A stretch of DNA of 64,000 nucleotides from Anaerovorax odorimutans (GCA_016841185.1 JAENZQ010000006.1:30717-94716), one strand, 5' to 3'; shown: positions 9,708-19,017, numbered from the stretch's first letter. Numbers and translations are program-made. The notes: generated from the letters alone by a model not told the origin.

Positions 9708-10403
9708 ATGAATATTATTGATATTGCCATTTTGGGCATTATTATATTATTTGTGATTATAGGATATTCAAAGGGATTTGTTTTATCATTATTAACCTTT
9801 TTAAGCTATGGCATAGCATTGATTTGTGCAAAGCTTTTTTCTTCAGGTTTAACTGTTTTTATCGGAGAACATACCGGGTTTGATACCGCATTAATTGATT
9901 TTGTTAACGAAAAAATGGATGCATTGACGGTACCGACATATGGCGTTTCTATAGGAGAGATGACCGTTCCGGATAATATAGAACAGCTTATTCAACAAGA
10001 ACCGGCAGTTCAACAGGTATTTGCCCAAAATCCGATTCTTGAAAAGACATTATCGCAAAATGCTGCGCTATTAGGTGGTCAAACCATATCACAAAGCATT
10101 GCAAATCTCGCCCTCGTTATTATTTCTGCAATTATTATATTTTTCATCGTTAAAATAATTTTTACACTTATCAGTTCCAAATTTAAAAGTAAAATTAAGT
10201 CTAATAAATCATTGAATAAAAAAGACAAACTAATGGGTCTGTTATTTGGCGCTTTTTCGGGTTTAATTATCATAGTAATTATAATATTTGTATTATATCC
10301 TCTTTCTCTAAATGGTGGAAGCTTGTCACAATATTTAGGGGATTCGAAAATTGCATCCTATATCCTTACAAGTAATATTTTTATTAATTTGTTTAATATT
10401 TAA
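9708..10403 (+). CDS. cvpA: CvpA-family membrane protein
   Basis: The N-terminus MNIIDIAILGIIILFVIIGYSKGF is typical of CvpA. Multiple TM segments. Confidence 0.7.
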   Translation: MNIIDIAILGIIILFVIIGYSKGFVLSLLTFLSYGIALICAKLFSSGLTVFIGEHTGFDTALIDFVNEKMDALTVPTYGVSIGEMTVPDNIEQLIQQEPAVQQVFAQNPILEKTLSQNAALLGGQTISQSIANLALVIISAIIIFFIVKIIFTLISSKFKSKIKSNKSLNKKDKLMGLLFGAFSGLIIIVIIIFVLYPLSLNGGSLSQYLGDSKIASYILTSNIFINLFNI

Positions 10404-10582
10404 TGATTCAGTATGTCTTTTCCAATTTATTACTTTAACCGGAAGCCTGATACAGGGCTTCTTTTGTATTTATAAAAAAAGAAATAAGAAAATTATTATT
10501 TTACAAGATATACAATGCTCATTTTTCTGATATTATTATACATGGAGGAAAAATGATTATTTAATTATTTTTAGTAGCAGAT

Positions 10583-11773
10583 ATGGAACGATGGAAATTT
10601 AATTTATACACACTTTGGGTAACACAGGTCATTTCTCTGTCAAGCTTTGGCTTGGGAATACCTTTTATGTCTTTCTATATTCAGGATATGGGAGTTACAG
10701 ACGATTACAGGATCAAGTTATATACAGGGATATTAAGCATGGCCCCTGCAGTGACCATGGCAATCGCCTCACCTATCTGGGGGCTTGTGGCAGACAGATA
10801 CGGCCGCAAGCTGATGATCTTAAGAGCTATGTTTGCAGCAGCTTTTATTATCGGAGGAATGGGATTCGCTGCGGATGTCTGGCAGCTTGTTGTTTTGAGA
10901 GGCGCACAAGGACTATTTACAGGAACCATGACGGCTTCCAATGCTTTTGTTGCCGCAAATACACCTGAGGATAAGCTGTCAAAAGCTTTGGGATTCATGT
11001 CGTCTTCTAATTTTATCGGTTTTTCGGTAGGACCTTTTTTAGGCGGCATCTTGGCAGAACTGTTCGGAATCCGATTTAGCTTTATAATCGGTGCAATTCT
11101 TATGTTCATTGGGTTTTTATTGGTATTGTTTTTTCTGAAGGAAGATAAATTAACTTATGGAAAAACAAGTGTGAGGGAAGAGGATAAAACAGGCGTTAAG
11201 GCTGTTATAAAACTTACTATAATTTATTTTCTTCTTGCCTTGTTTATTACGAGAATCACCAGAACTATTTTTGCACCATTTGTTCCTCTTTATGTTCAGC
11301 AAAAATTGGGAACCATAGAAGGGGCGGCCAGCATTACAGGTATTATCAGCGGGGTTACAGGTTTGGCTACGGCAATTGCAGGCCTTACCATTTCACAGCT
11401 TGGAGACAGATGCGATAAATATATATTGATCAGGAAGCTGTTGATAACCAGTATTATAATAGCGGCGCCTCTGGTCTTAATTGATTCTTTGTATCTTTTT
11501 TTGGCTTTTTATGGGTTGCTGTTTTTCTTTATTGGAGGAATCGAACCCATCATAACATCCATGGCTGCACTCCATACTCCTTCCAATCAGAGAGGTGCTT
11601 TATTTGGTATTCAGGGATTTGTAAGCAGTGTTGGGTGGATGATTTCACCGATCATGGGGACTTATATTTCCGTCAATTTCAGTATCAGGAGTATATTGAC
11701 CGTTATTCCCATGTTAATAAGTATTAACTTATTGATTATGTATATAAGTAGTAAAAAAAGCAAAAAAATTTGA
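10583..11773 (+). CDS. MFS transporter
   Basis: About 12 predicted TM segments and the loop 2-3 motif GLVADRYGRKLMI. Confidence 0.8.
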   Translation: MERWKFNLYTLWVTQVISLSSFGLGIPFMSFYIQDMGVTDDYRIKLYTGILSMAPAVTMAIASPIWGLVADRYGRKLMILRAMFAAAFIIGGMGFAADVWQLVVLRGAQGLFTGTMTASNAFVAANTPEDKLSKALGFMSSSNFIGFSVGPFLGGILAELFGIRFSFIIGAILMFIGFLLVLFFLKEDKLTYGKTSVREEDKTGVKAVIKLTIIYFLLALFITRITRTIFAPFVPLYVQQKLGTIEGAASITGIISGVTGLATAIAGLTISQLGDRCDKYILIRKLLITSIIIAAPLVLIDSLYLFLAFYGLLFFFIGGIEPIITSMAALHTPSNQRGALFGIQGFVSSVGWMISPIMGTYISVNFSIRSILTVIPMLISINLLIMYISSKKSKKI

Positions 11774-11790
11774 CACAGGAGAATACAAAA

Positions 11791-12681
11791 ATGAATAAGC
11801 AGTTACAAGCAGATTTAATGCTGCTCTTTGTTACCCTTTCCTGGGGTGTTTCATATTACTTTACTAAAGTGGCATTAGACGATGTACAGGAATTCAATCT
11901 AATTGCGTTAAGATTTACTATAGCATTTATATTATCCGGATTAGTCTTTCACAAAAAAATCAGAGAAAGCAATACGAAAACAATAAAAAATGCATTTATT
12001 CTTGCAATACTTCTTTTTTCGGCATATGTTTGTTTCACTTTTTCTGTGATATATACGACCACAACCAATGCTGCATTTATTACAAGCCTTGCAGTTGTTT
12101 TAGTACCTATATTTTCATCGGTGATTTTCAAGCTCAAACCGGAAAAAAATGCAGTTGGAGGGGTTGGTTTTGCTCTGGTGGGTATTGCTTTACTGACACT
12201 CAACGGGAAGTTTTCCGTAAACTATGGAGATATTCTTTCTTTTCTTTGTGCCGTTTCATGTGCCTTCCATCTGATTCTTATGGGGAAACTAACGAAAGAA
12301 GTAGATTCTGTTGCCCTGGGTGTTCTGCAAATCGGATTTGTGGCACTTTTCAGTATCATTTTTACTTGTATTTTTGAAACACCAAAATTGCCGTCTGTCC
12401 TTCAAACACAAATTTTTGTCATTTTTCTGAGTGTATTTTGTACAGCAGCGGCCTTTATTGCTCAGACAATTGCCCAGCAATATACATCTCCTACCCATGT
12501 AGGGCTGATTTTTTCTTTAGAGCCGGTTTTTGCATCTATTTTTGGCCTTTTATTTCTTAATGAAATTCTTTCTCTAAAAGGATATGTAGGATGTTTGTTT
12601 ATGCTGATCGGAATTTTAATTGCCGAGCTGGATACGAAAAAATATTTTAAGAAAAAGGATATAGTAAAAAATACTAAATAA
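11791..12681 (+). CDS. DMT-superfamily (EamA-type) transporter
   Basis: About 10 TM segments in a duplicated EamA-like arrangement. The ATG at 11791 is preceded by aggaga. Confidence 0.75.
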   Translation: MNKQLQADLMLLFVTLSWGVSYYFTKVALDDVQEFNLIALRFTIAFILSGLVFHKKIRESNTKTIKNAFILAILLFSAYVCFTFSVIYTTTTNAAFITSLAVVLVPIFSSVIFKLKPEKNAVGGVGFALVGIALLTLNGKFSVNYGDILSFLCAVSCAFHLILMGKLTKEVDSVALGVLQIGFVALFSIIFTCIFETPKLPSVLQTQIFVIFLSVFCTAAAFIAQTIAQQYTSPTHVGLIFSLEPVFASIFGLLFLNEILSLKGYVGCLFMLIGILIAELDTKKYFKKKDIVKNTK

Positions 12682-13006
12682 TACAGCATTAATATGAATA
12701 ATTTTTATATTATTATAACTTAATATAATATTAATAACATTATTATGGATTACACATAGATATTTAAGCTGTAATTAAAACTACGTAACATATTGATTAA
12801 AAATTGAGGCTCTATTTTTGGCTATATAAAGAAAAAATATATAAAACAACCATATTCTAAACCCAGACCCTTATTTTTAAATACAGGCAAAAATATAATC
12901 TATAAAACAAACGACACAGGTTTCTTTTAATATACATATTATTTGAAAAGAACGGTAACTAATGGTAAAATATTAATTAAATCTAACTAATTAAGAAGGA
13001 GAGAAT

Positions 13007-13630
13007 ATGACTGAAAATTATGATAATTTAAATGACCTTCAAATTGATGTTTTAAAAGAAATAGGGAATATTGGAGCAGGAAATGCTGCGACCACCCTTT
13101 CCATGATGTTATCTAAAAAAGTCGATATGTCTGTTCCTCAGGTTAGAATAATCGATATTCAGGAAATTGCCAACATCCTGGGAGGACCTGAGAATCAAGT
13201 AGTTGGTATTCTCTTTACCCTATCTAAAGATATAGAAGGCATGATGATGTTTATCCTTAAGCAGGAATTTGCTCATTTGGTTGTTAATCAGCTTATGGGG
13301 AGAGATCTGGAAAGTTTTAACGATTTTGAAGAAATGGATTTGTCTGCACTCAAAGAAATTGGAAATATTATGGCGGCGTCTTATGTAAACGCCATATCAA
13401 GCCTTACAAATTTTGGAATAGGCATTTCTGTCCCGGGTATTGCAATAGATATGGCTGGTGCCATTTTAAGCGTACCGGCGATACAGTTTGGTAAAATAGG
13501 AGACAAGGTTTTATTTATTGAAGAAGAGTTTATCGGTGGTGATGGAGAAAATGTTAATAGTTATTTAATTTTAATCCCGGAAATAGATTCTCTTCATAAA
13601 ATTTTAAAAATTTTAGGAGTAGAGCTATGA
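13007..13630 (+). CDS. cheC: chemotaxis protein CheC (CheY-P phosphatase)
   Basis: Duplicated D.LKEIGNIGAGNAAT / ALKEIGNIMAASYV motifs. Confidence 0.85.
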   Translation: MTENYDNLNDLQIDVLKEIGNIGAGNAATTLSMMLSKKVDMSVPQVRIIDIQEIANILGGPENQVVGILFTLSKDIEGMMMFILKQEFAHLVVNQLMGRDLESFNDFEEMDLSALKEIGNIMAASYVNAISSLTNFGIGISVPGIAIDMAGAILSVPAIQFGKIGDKVLFIEEEFIGGDGENVNSYLILIPEIDSLHKILKILGVEL

Positions 13631-14112
13631 GCAAACCCATCATCATAGGTATTTCTGATTTAAACATCGCCCTTCCGCCGGATGTTTTAATTACATATGC
13701 GCTTGGATCCTGCGTAGGAATATGTTTGTACGACAAAGCGGTTAAAGTTGCAGGACTTGCCCATGTGATGCTGCCTCTTAGTTCAGAGGCAAAAGATATT
13801 AGCAATCTAATGAAATTTGCAGATACGGCAACTTTAGAATTAATAAAACGAATGGAAAAAGCCGGTGCAAGCAGGAGGAGATTGGTTGCAAAGCTTGCGG
13901 GAGGAGCGCAGATGTTTGCTTTGCAGGAGGGAAATGAAGCTCTTAATATCGGAAAGCGTAATGTAATAGCAGCCAAGAAGATACTTAAATCATTGAACAT
14001 TAAAATCATTGCAGAAGATACCGGTTTAAATTACGGAAGGACCATTGAACTATCTCCGGAAACGGGGGTCTTAAAAGTAAAAGCCATTGCCCACGGAATA
14101 AAAGAGATATAG
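13627..14112 (+). CDS. cheD: chemoreceptor glutamine deamidase CheD
   Basis: ALGSCVGICLYD active-site context, 161 aa, with ATGA start/stop overlap with cheC. Confidence 0.9.
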   Translation: MSKPIIIGISDLNIALPPDVLITYALGSCVGICLYDKAVKVAGLAHVMLPLSSEAKDISNLMKFADTATLELIKRMEKAGASRRRLVAKLAGGAQMFALQEGNEALNIGKRNVIAAKKILKSLNIKIIAEDTGLNYGRTIELSPETGVLKVKAIAHGIKEI

Positions 14113-14117
14113 ACAGG

Positions 14118-14141
14118 AAAGAGAGAATACTCTCTTTTTTT
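14118..14141 (+). terminator. intrinsic terminator after cheD
   Basis: aaagagag / ctctcttt stem followed by a T-run. Confidence 0.6.
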
Positions 14142-14195
14142 ATGGGAAAATATCGATGCCGTGGTGTCAATGAAACAATAAAGAAACTATTCTCG

Positions 14196-14233
14196 ATTAA
14201 CAAGTTCAGTTTTGAGGTGCAAAAAATAAAATC
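14196..14233. repeat. left inverted repeat of the cassette
   Basis: attaacaagttcagttttgaggtgcaaaaaataaaatc. Confidence 0.85.
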
Positions 14234-14283
14234 TCAAGCTATACCGCCTTATAAATCACACTATAAATGACACACAAAATTAT

Positions 14284-14327
14284 AAGCCGATAATTTGTTG
14301 GTAATTCAACGAATATCGGCTTTTTTA
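14284..14327 (+). terminator. intrinsic terminator inside the cassette
   Basis: aagccgata (14284-14292) pairs with tatcggctt (14314-14322), followed by a T-run. Confidence 0.55.
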
Positions 14328-14383
14328 TTGCTCAAAAAACATGAAAATCACATATTAAATTATCACATAAGAATTCTCTACTA

Positions 14384-14421
14384 AAATCACATCATTAATA
14401 AATTTATTAATGACGTGATTT
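14384..14421. repeat. 38-bp near-perfect palindrome built from two AAATCAC motifs
   Basis: aaatcacatcattaataaa | tttattaatgacgtgattt, with one mismatched pair. Confidence 0.8.
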
Positions 14422-14785
14422 GGGCCGCGATTTTATGTGTGATTTTTGAACTTTCTGCTGTATTATAAAATCTGCTATTCCTGCAAAAAAATTTAAATCA
14501 TTAAAAAAATACTTTTCTATTTCTCGTTCGTCTTGGTCGTTACTTTCTTCCAAAATATTTCTATTCATATTATTTGCCGAGATACCCATGGCTTCAGCCA
14601 TAGAAGGAATTGGCGTTCTCCTTTCATCAGGATATGAAGACGATCAAAAAATGTATAAACTATATGTTATATAGATAAGAATATTAATTTATTATAAAAT
14701 AGTATACATAAACATGAAATTAGATATTTTGCATTGTCAAGAAAATTTATTTCTCGACTGCTATAACTTCTATACTGGAGGGCGT

Positions 14786-15127
14786 ATGTTAAAATTTTTC
14801 AAGGATAAATTTTGGTTAAATGAAAAAATCCCAAATACAAAATATACAAGATCTTTAAATATAATATTAGGAATGATCCCAGCAATAGTGGTGGGTGTCG
14901 ATTATTCTGAATTGGATTATAGTATACATTTACCGTTTTTAATTACATTTTTCACTTATTTATGGGCTTATAATCATATTATTATAACATTGCTGTCAAA
15001 TAAGGAATTTTTTAAAGATAAAGGTTTAAAATCAAAGTTTATAAACTCAACAATTCTTATAGCTATTATTTTTTTTATTATAAATATAAGTATATATATT
15101 TTCCGTGCATTTTATCTCCAAAGATAG
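14786..15127 (+). CDS. hypothetical 113-aa membrane protein (about 3 TM segments), passenger of the IR cassette
   Basis: The ATG at 14786 is preceded by ggaggg plus 4 nt. Hydrophobic segments are present. No family recognised. Confidence 0.55.
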   Translation: MLKFFKDKFWLNEKIPNTKYTRSLNIILGMIPAIVVGVDYSELDYSIHLPFLITFFTYLWAYNHIIITLLSNKEFFKDKGLKSKFINSTILIAIIFFIINISIYIFRAFYLQR

Positions 15128-15435
15128 TTAGGAAGACAGTGATGAGTAAACAAATGGACGACGTTTCATTTTTGCATGTCGTTAGGGACAGTTCTTTTTG
15201 ACACGGCTTACCCTTTGCATTAATCCTCTTTAATTAAGATGAGCTAGTAAATTGATTTTTAAAATACATGTTTTCTTTAAAGTTGCTCCCAGCAGATGAG
15301 ATACTTCTTAAACCAACTCTATTAAATAAGTAAAATCAACACTAAAGATATAAAAAGTCGATAGAATACCAAACCATCCGTATCCTATCAACTTTATGTG
15401 ATTTATATTGTTATTTTGGTCGTGATTTCTACTGT

Positions 15436-15473
15436 GATTTTACTTTTTGCACCTCAAAACAGAACCTGTTAAT
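15436..15473. repeat. right inverted repeat of the cassette
   Basis: gattttactttttgcacctcaaaacagaacctgttaat is the reverse complement of 14196-14233 with 3 mismatches. Confidence 0.85.
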
Positions 15474-15746
15474 TTTCGATATCGATTCTTTTTTTTCAAA
15501 CGTATAAATAAATGATAGTTTAATAAAATATGAAGAAAGAGATTACAAAATATTCCATAAAATTTTGTAGAAAACAAAAATAAATAAAATAATAACAATG
15601 AAAATAGAAAAAAATGAAATAAGTATGTTGCATAATACACAAGAGTCGACAGCCGAATTATGCAAAAAATTTTAAGGGAACATATTATAATATAATTGAA
15701 ATTCAAAAGAAGGGGATAAAAATATTGGGAAGGCGGAATCAAAGGG

Positions 15747-15998
15747 ATGACACAGTTAAACAAAAACTTGTCACTTAATGAGAGCAAAGAGGTTATCAGT
15801 TCCGGTTATACAGATTTAAATAAGAAAAAAAATTTAAAAAAGAGCAGAACAACTTCTGATACAATTGAAAAACAGTTGTTTTCTAAAGTAAATCAGGTAT
15901 TAGATCATATTGTTAAGCATCAGAACATCCACATTTCTGACTATGAAAAGGAAAATATCATTTCACAGGTTATGGAGCAAATGAAGGGAGAGTCATAA
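15747..15998 (+). CDS. hypothetical 83-aa hydrophilic protein
   Basis: ORF followed directly by the hairpin ggagagtc...gactctcc (about 15985-16008), which is shared with the convergent gene. The RBS is weak. Confidence 0.45.
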   Translation: MTQLNKNLSLNESKEVISSGYTDLNKKKNLKKSRTTSDTIEKQLFSKVNQVLDHIVKHQNIHISDYEKENIISQVMEQMKGES

Positions 15999-16008
15999 AA
16001 AGACTCTC

Positions 16009-18489
16009 CTAAATAAACAGATTTACATTGGATTCTTCAGCATTTGCAAGGTATGAAGCAACACCGGCATATTCAATGCCATCAATCAATTCTTCTTTAG
16101 TCAAACCCATTACGTCCATGGACATGGTACAGGCTACCATCCTGACACCGTTATCCATTGCCTGTTTAACCAAATCTTCAAGAGAATCTACGTTTTTATC
16201 TTTCATGACTTTTTTCATCATGGCTGTTCCCATTCCGCCCATATGCATTTTAGAAAGTTTTAGCTTATCTATTCCCCGCGGCATCATCATGCCAAACATT
16301 TTATCTATAATCGGTTTTTTCACAGAAGTACTTTCTGCTTTTCTCAATACGTTCAGACCCCAGAAAGTAAAGAACATAGTAACTTTTCGGCCCATCGAGG
16401 CAGCACCGTTTGCTATAATAAAGGAGGCCAGTACTTTATCCAGATCATTACTGAAAACGATAATAGATTTTCCGTCAAAAGCCGGTGTTTCATTTTTTTC
16501 CATCGGGCATGCCGCAGTTGTGTCTGTTCCTTTTTGAATATATACGATTTGCTCTTTTCCTTTCTTATCCACTTTTAATAAAGTGTTGCCGGTCCTTCTG
16601 CACCATGAATCCACATCTCTTGCAAAACCAACATCTGTAGCAGAAACTTCTATAATGTCACCTTCACTAAGCTCATTTATGGTTTTAAAAACCTTCATAA
16701 TGGGCCCGGGGCATTGCAGTCCACTGCAGTCCACTTTTATTGAGGCCTTTATTTCTTTGTTGTCTTCTTTTGTAGTAATCTTGTCAACAGGGAGATTGTT
16801 TGAATCGCTGCTATTATCATTTCTTGAATCGTGAAAAAGTGATTTATAGAAGCCGAAACCGCCTTCAAACACTTTTACTTTTTTGAAACCGGATTGAGAC
16901 AAAATTCTTGATGCGATATAAGATCGAAGGCCGATGGCGCAGTATGGAACAATAAGCTTATTCTTATCCAATTCATGAATCCTTTTACGCAATTGCCCAA
17001 GAGGAATGTGAATGGAATCAGGAATATAGCCTACCATTCTTTCTTCGGTTTCACCGACGTCCAGTATTACAGCAGTATCAGGACTCATATTTTCTATTTC
17101 ATCCCATCTCATAAAATCTACTAACCCTTTTATGATATTTTCTCCAACATACCCAAGCATGTTCACTGGATCCTTTGCGGATGAATAGGGCGGAGCATAG
17201 GCCAGTTCCAATTCTTTTAAATCATATAAAGTACCTCCAAGTCGAATCGTTGCAGCAATGGTATCAATACGTTTGTCTACACCGTCCTGACCAACAAGCT
17301 GTGCGCCATATATTTTACCGTCTTTACCGAAAATCAGTTTAAGGGCCAATGGTGCAGAGCCAGGATAGTATCCTGCATGTGACTTTTGATAAATCAACGC
17401 AGTATAATAATCCTTTTTATATTCAAGTCCCTGAGATTTCAGTACTTTTTCATTTACACCGGTTGAAGCCGCAGTCATATCAAACACTTTTGCCACAGAA
17501 GTACCTTGAGTTCCTCCGTAGGTCTCATTAAAGCCGCAGATATTATTGGCGCATATCCGTCCTTGTTTATTGGCGGGTCCTGCCAACGGAATCATTGTCT
17601 TTCCTTTATTTATAAAATCCTCTACTTCAATGACATCTCCAATTGCATAGATATTCGGATCTGAAGTTTTTAAATATTCATCCACAATAATACCGCCTCT
17701 TTGATTGAGGGCTAAGCCGGCATCTTTAGCAAGCCGGCTGTTTGGCCGGACGCCGATAGATAAAATAACAATATCGGCATCTATGATTTTTCCGCTTTGT
17801 AAAGTAATAAAAGTTCTACCGTTTTGATAAACGAATTTTTTGACTCCGTCATTAAGTGTAAGATTCACCTGATTTGCTCTTATGTTTTCATGAAGAATCT
17901 GAGCCATTTCATAATCCATAGGAGCCATAACCTGATCAAGCATTTCTATAATGGAGACTTCTATTCCGAGATTATGAAGATTCTCTGCCATCTCCAGGCC
18001 AATGAAACCGCCTCCGATAACCGCTGCCTTCTTTGGCTTCTTTTCATTAATGAATCCTTTGATTACATCTGTATCCGGAACGGTCCAAAGTGTGAAAATA
18101 TTCGGAGCATCAATACCCTCAATAGGAGGCTTTATAGGAGAAGAACCTGTGGAAAGTACCAAAACATCATAAGTTTCCGAATACATATTGTTTGTTGACA
18201 GATTTTTCACTTCAACTTTTTTGTTTTCCCTATCAATTGAAACAACTTCACTCTTTATGCGAACATCAATATTAAATTTGTTTTTCATGATTTCCGGAGT
18301 TTGGACCAGAAGAGCATCTCTTTCGGTTATAACATCCCCTATATAATATGGAAGCCCGCAATTTGCATAGGAGATGTATTCACCTCTTTCAAACATAATA
18401 ATTTCAATAGATTCATCCAATCGGCGAAGCCGAGCGGCCGTACTGGCACCTCCTGCCACACCGCCAACAATCAAGATTTTTTTTCCCAT
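16009..18489 (-). CDS. four-domain fusion: CoA-disulfide/persulfide reductase (pyridine nucleotide-disulfide oxidoreductase), rhodanese, TusA-like and DsrE-like domains
   Basis: GGVAGGASTAARLRR FAD fold and SYANCGLPYY redox Cys. Rhodanese loop PYCAIGLRS. TusA-type CSGLQCPGPIMK. C-terminal DsrE/YrkE-like region (IIVFSNDLDKVLASFIIANGAA...ACTMSMDVMG). The start is taken at the ATG at 18489 behind aaggag. Confidence 0.8.
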   Translation of the reverse strand: MGKKILIVGGVAGGASTAARLRRLDESIEIIMFERGEYISYANCGLPYYIGDVITERDALLVQTPEIMKNKFNIDVRIKSEVVSIDRENKKVEVKNLSTNNMYSETYDVLVLSTGSSPIKPPIEGIDAPNIFTLWTVPDTDVIKGFINEKKPKKAAVIGGGFIGLEMAENLHNLGIEVSIIEMLDQVMAPMDYEMAQILHENIRANQVNLTLNDGVKKFVYQNGRTFITLQSGKIIDADIVILSIGVRPNSRLAKDAGLALNQRGGIIVDEYLKTSDPNIYAIGDVIEVEDFINKGKTMIPLAGPANKQGRICANNICGFNETYGGTQGTSVAKVFDMTAASTGVNEKVLKSQGLEYKKDYYTALIYQKSHAGYYPGSAPLALKLIFGKDGKIYGAQLVGQDGVDKRIDTIAATIRLGGTLYDLKELELAYAPPYSSAKDPVNMLGYVGENIIKGLVDFMRWDEIENMSPDTAVILDVGETEERMVGYIPDSIHIPLGQLRKRIHELDKNKLIVPYCAIGLRSYIASRILSQSGFKKVKVFEGGFGFYKSLFHDSRNDNSSDSNNLPVDKITTKEDNKEIKASIKVDCSGLQCPGPIMKVFKTINELSEGDIIEVSATDVGFARDVDSWCRRTGNTLLKVDKKGKEQIVYIQKGTDTTAACPMEKNETPAFDGKSIIVFSNDLDKVLASFIIANGAASMGRKVTMFFTFWGLNVLRKAESTSVKKPIIDKMFGMMMPRGIDKLKLSKMHMGGMGTAMMKKVMKDKNVDSLEDLVKQAMDNGVRMVACTMSMDVMGLTKEELIDGIEYAGVASYLANAEESNVNLFI

Positions 18490-18502
18490 TTGCCACACTC
18501 CT

Positions 18503-18796
18503 TTACTTATTCAGCAATATTTTAAGTATTTTTGTTACATCATCATTTACAACACGATAGTTTATTTCCAGACCGTTTCTTGTTTTCTTTACCACACCGG
18601 CACTTCTGAGCTTTGATAAATGCTGAGAAACGGTTGATTGTGGTACATCCAGGCAATTCTGGAGGCCTGTTACATTGGATGATCCCTCATATAGAAGTTT
18701 TGTCAGAATGCAAAGACGTACCGGATGGCTGATAGTTCTTAATAATTCAGCTTTTTCCTCAAGCAAAACACGGGTTTTGTCTATATCAATATCCAT
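18503..18796 (-). CDS. ArsR/SmtB-family transcriptional regulator, apparently co-transcribed with the CoADR fusion
   Basis: ISHPVRLCILTKLL and STVSQHLSKLRSAGVV wHTH motifs. Its stop lies 13 nt before the CoADR start. Confidence 0.8.
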   Translation of the reverse strand: MDIDIDKTRVLLEEKAELLRTISHPVRLCILTKLLYEGSSNVTGLQNCLDVPQSTVSQHLSKLRSAGVVKKTRNGLEINYRVVNDDVTKILKILLNK

Positions 18797-18956
18797 ATTT
18801 TCACTCCGCCCATAATTAGAATATAATTATATTAGTATATTTATATATTATAATATTTAAATATAGTTTGCAATATTTTTTTGTGAAGAATTTAACTTTT
18901 TATACTTTTAAATTACCCAGAAGAGAAAGTAATATAACAGGATTAAAAAAAAACAT

Positions 18957-18983
18957 TAAAAAAAGCGGGTTCTAAGTCCCGCT
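18957..18983 (-). terminator. intrinsic terminator of the Met-rich protein gene
   Basis: agcggg / cccgct stem with an A-run on the plus strand (a T-run on the minus strand). Confidence 0.6.
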
Positions 18984-19017
18984 CTTTATCTTGCTATTAT
19001 TAACCCGGCATCAATAA

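Larger units (their letters stand above)
14196..15473. mobile_element. IR-bounded 1.28-kb cassette; candidate non-autonomous or decayed transposable element (no transposase gene)
   Basis: 38-bp terminal inverted repeats (35/38), mirror-image arrays of the AAATCACA motif inside both ends, an internal palindrome, and an AT-rich stretch full of stops. Confidence 0.35.

Noticed and set aside
14407-14601. 64-aa minus-strand ORF inside the IR cassette
   Set aside because: The nearest SD-like sequence is about 15 nt from the ATG, and the C-terminal codons are simply the AAATCAC repeat and palindrome read as protein. I keep it only as a doubtful possibility, not as a feature.
14196-15473. Reading the IR-bounded segment as a phase-variable invertible promoter switch
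   Set aside because: No invertase or recombinase gene is in or near the segment, and no outward-facing promoter or target gene arrangement is evident. It is kept only as an alternative under the main finding.
15440-15787. 115-aa minus-strand ORF rich in Leu, Phe and Ile
   Set aside because: It is a low-complexity translation of very AT-rich DNA. It runs across the right inverted repeat and the start of the 15747 ORF, and has no RBS.
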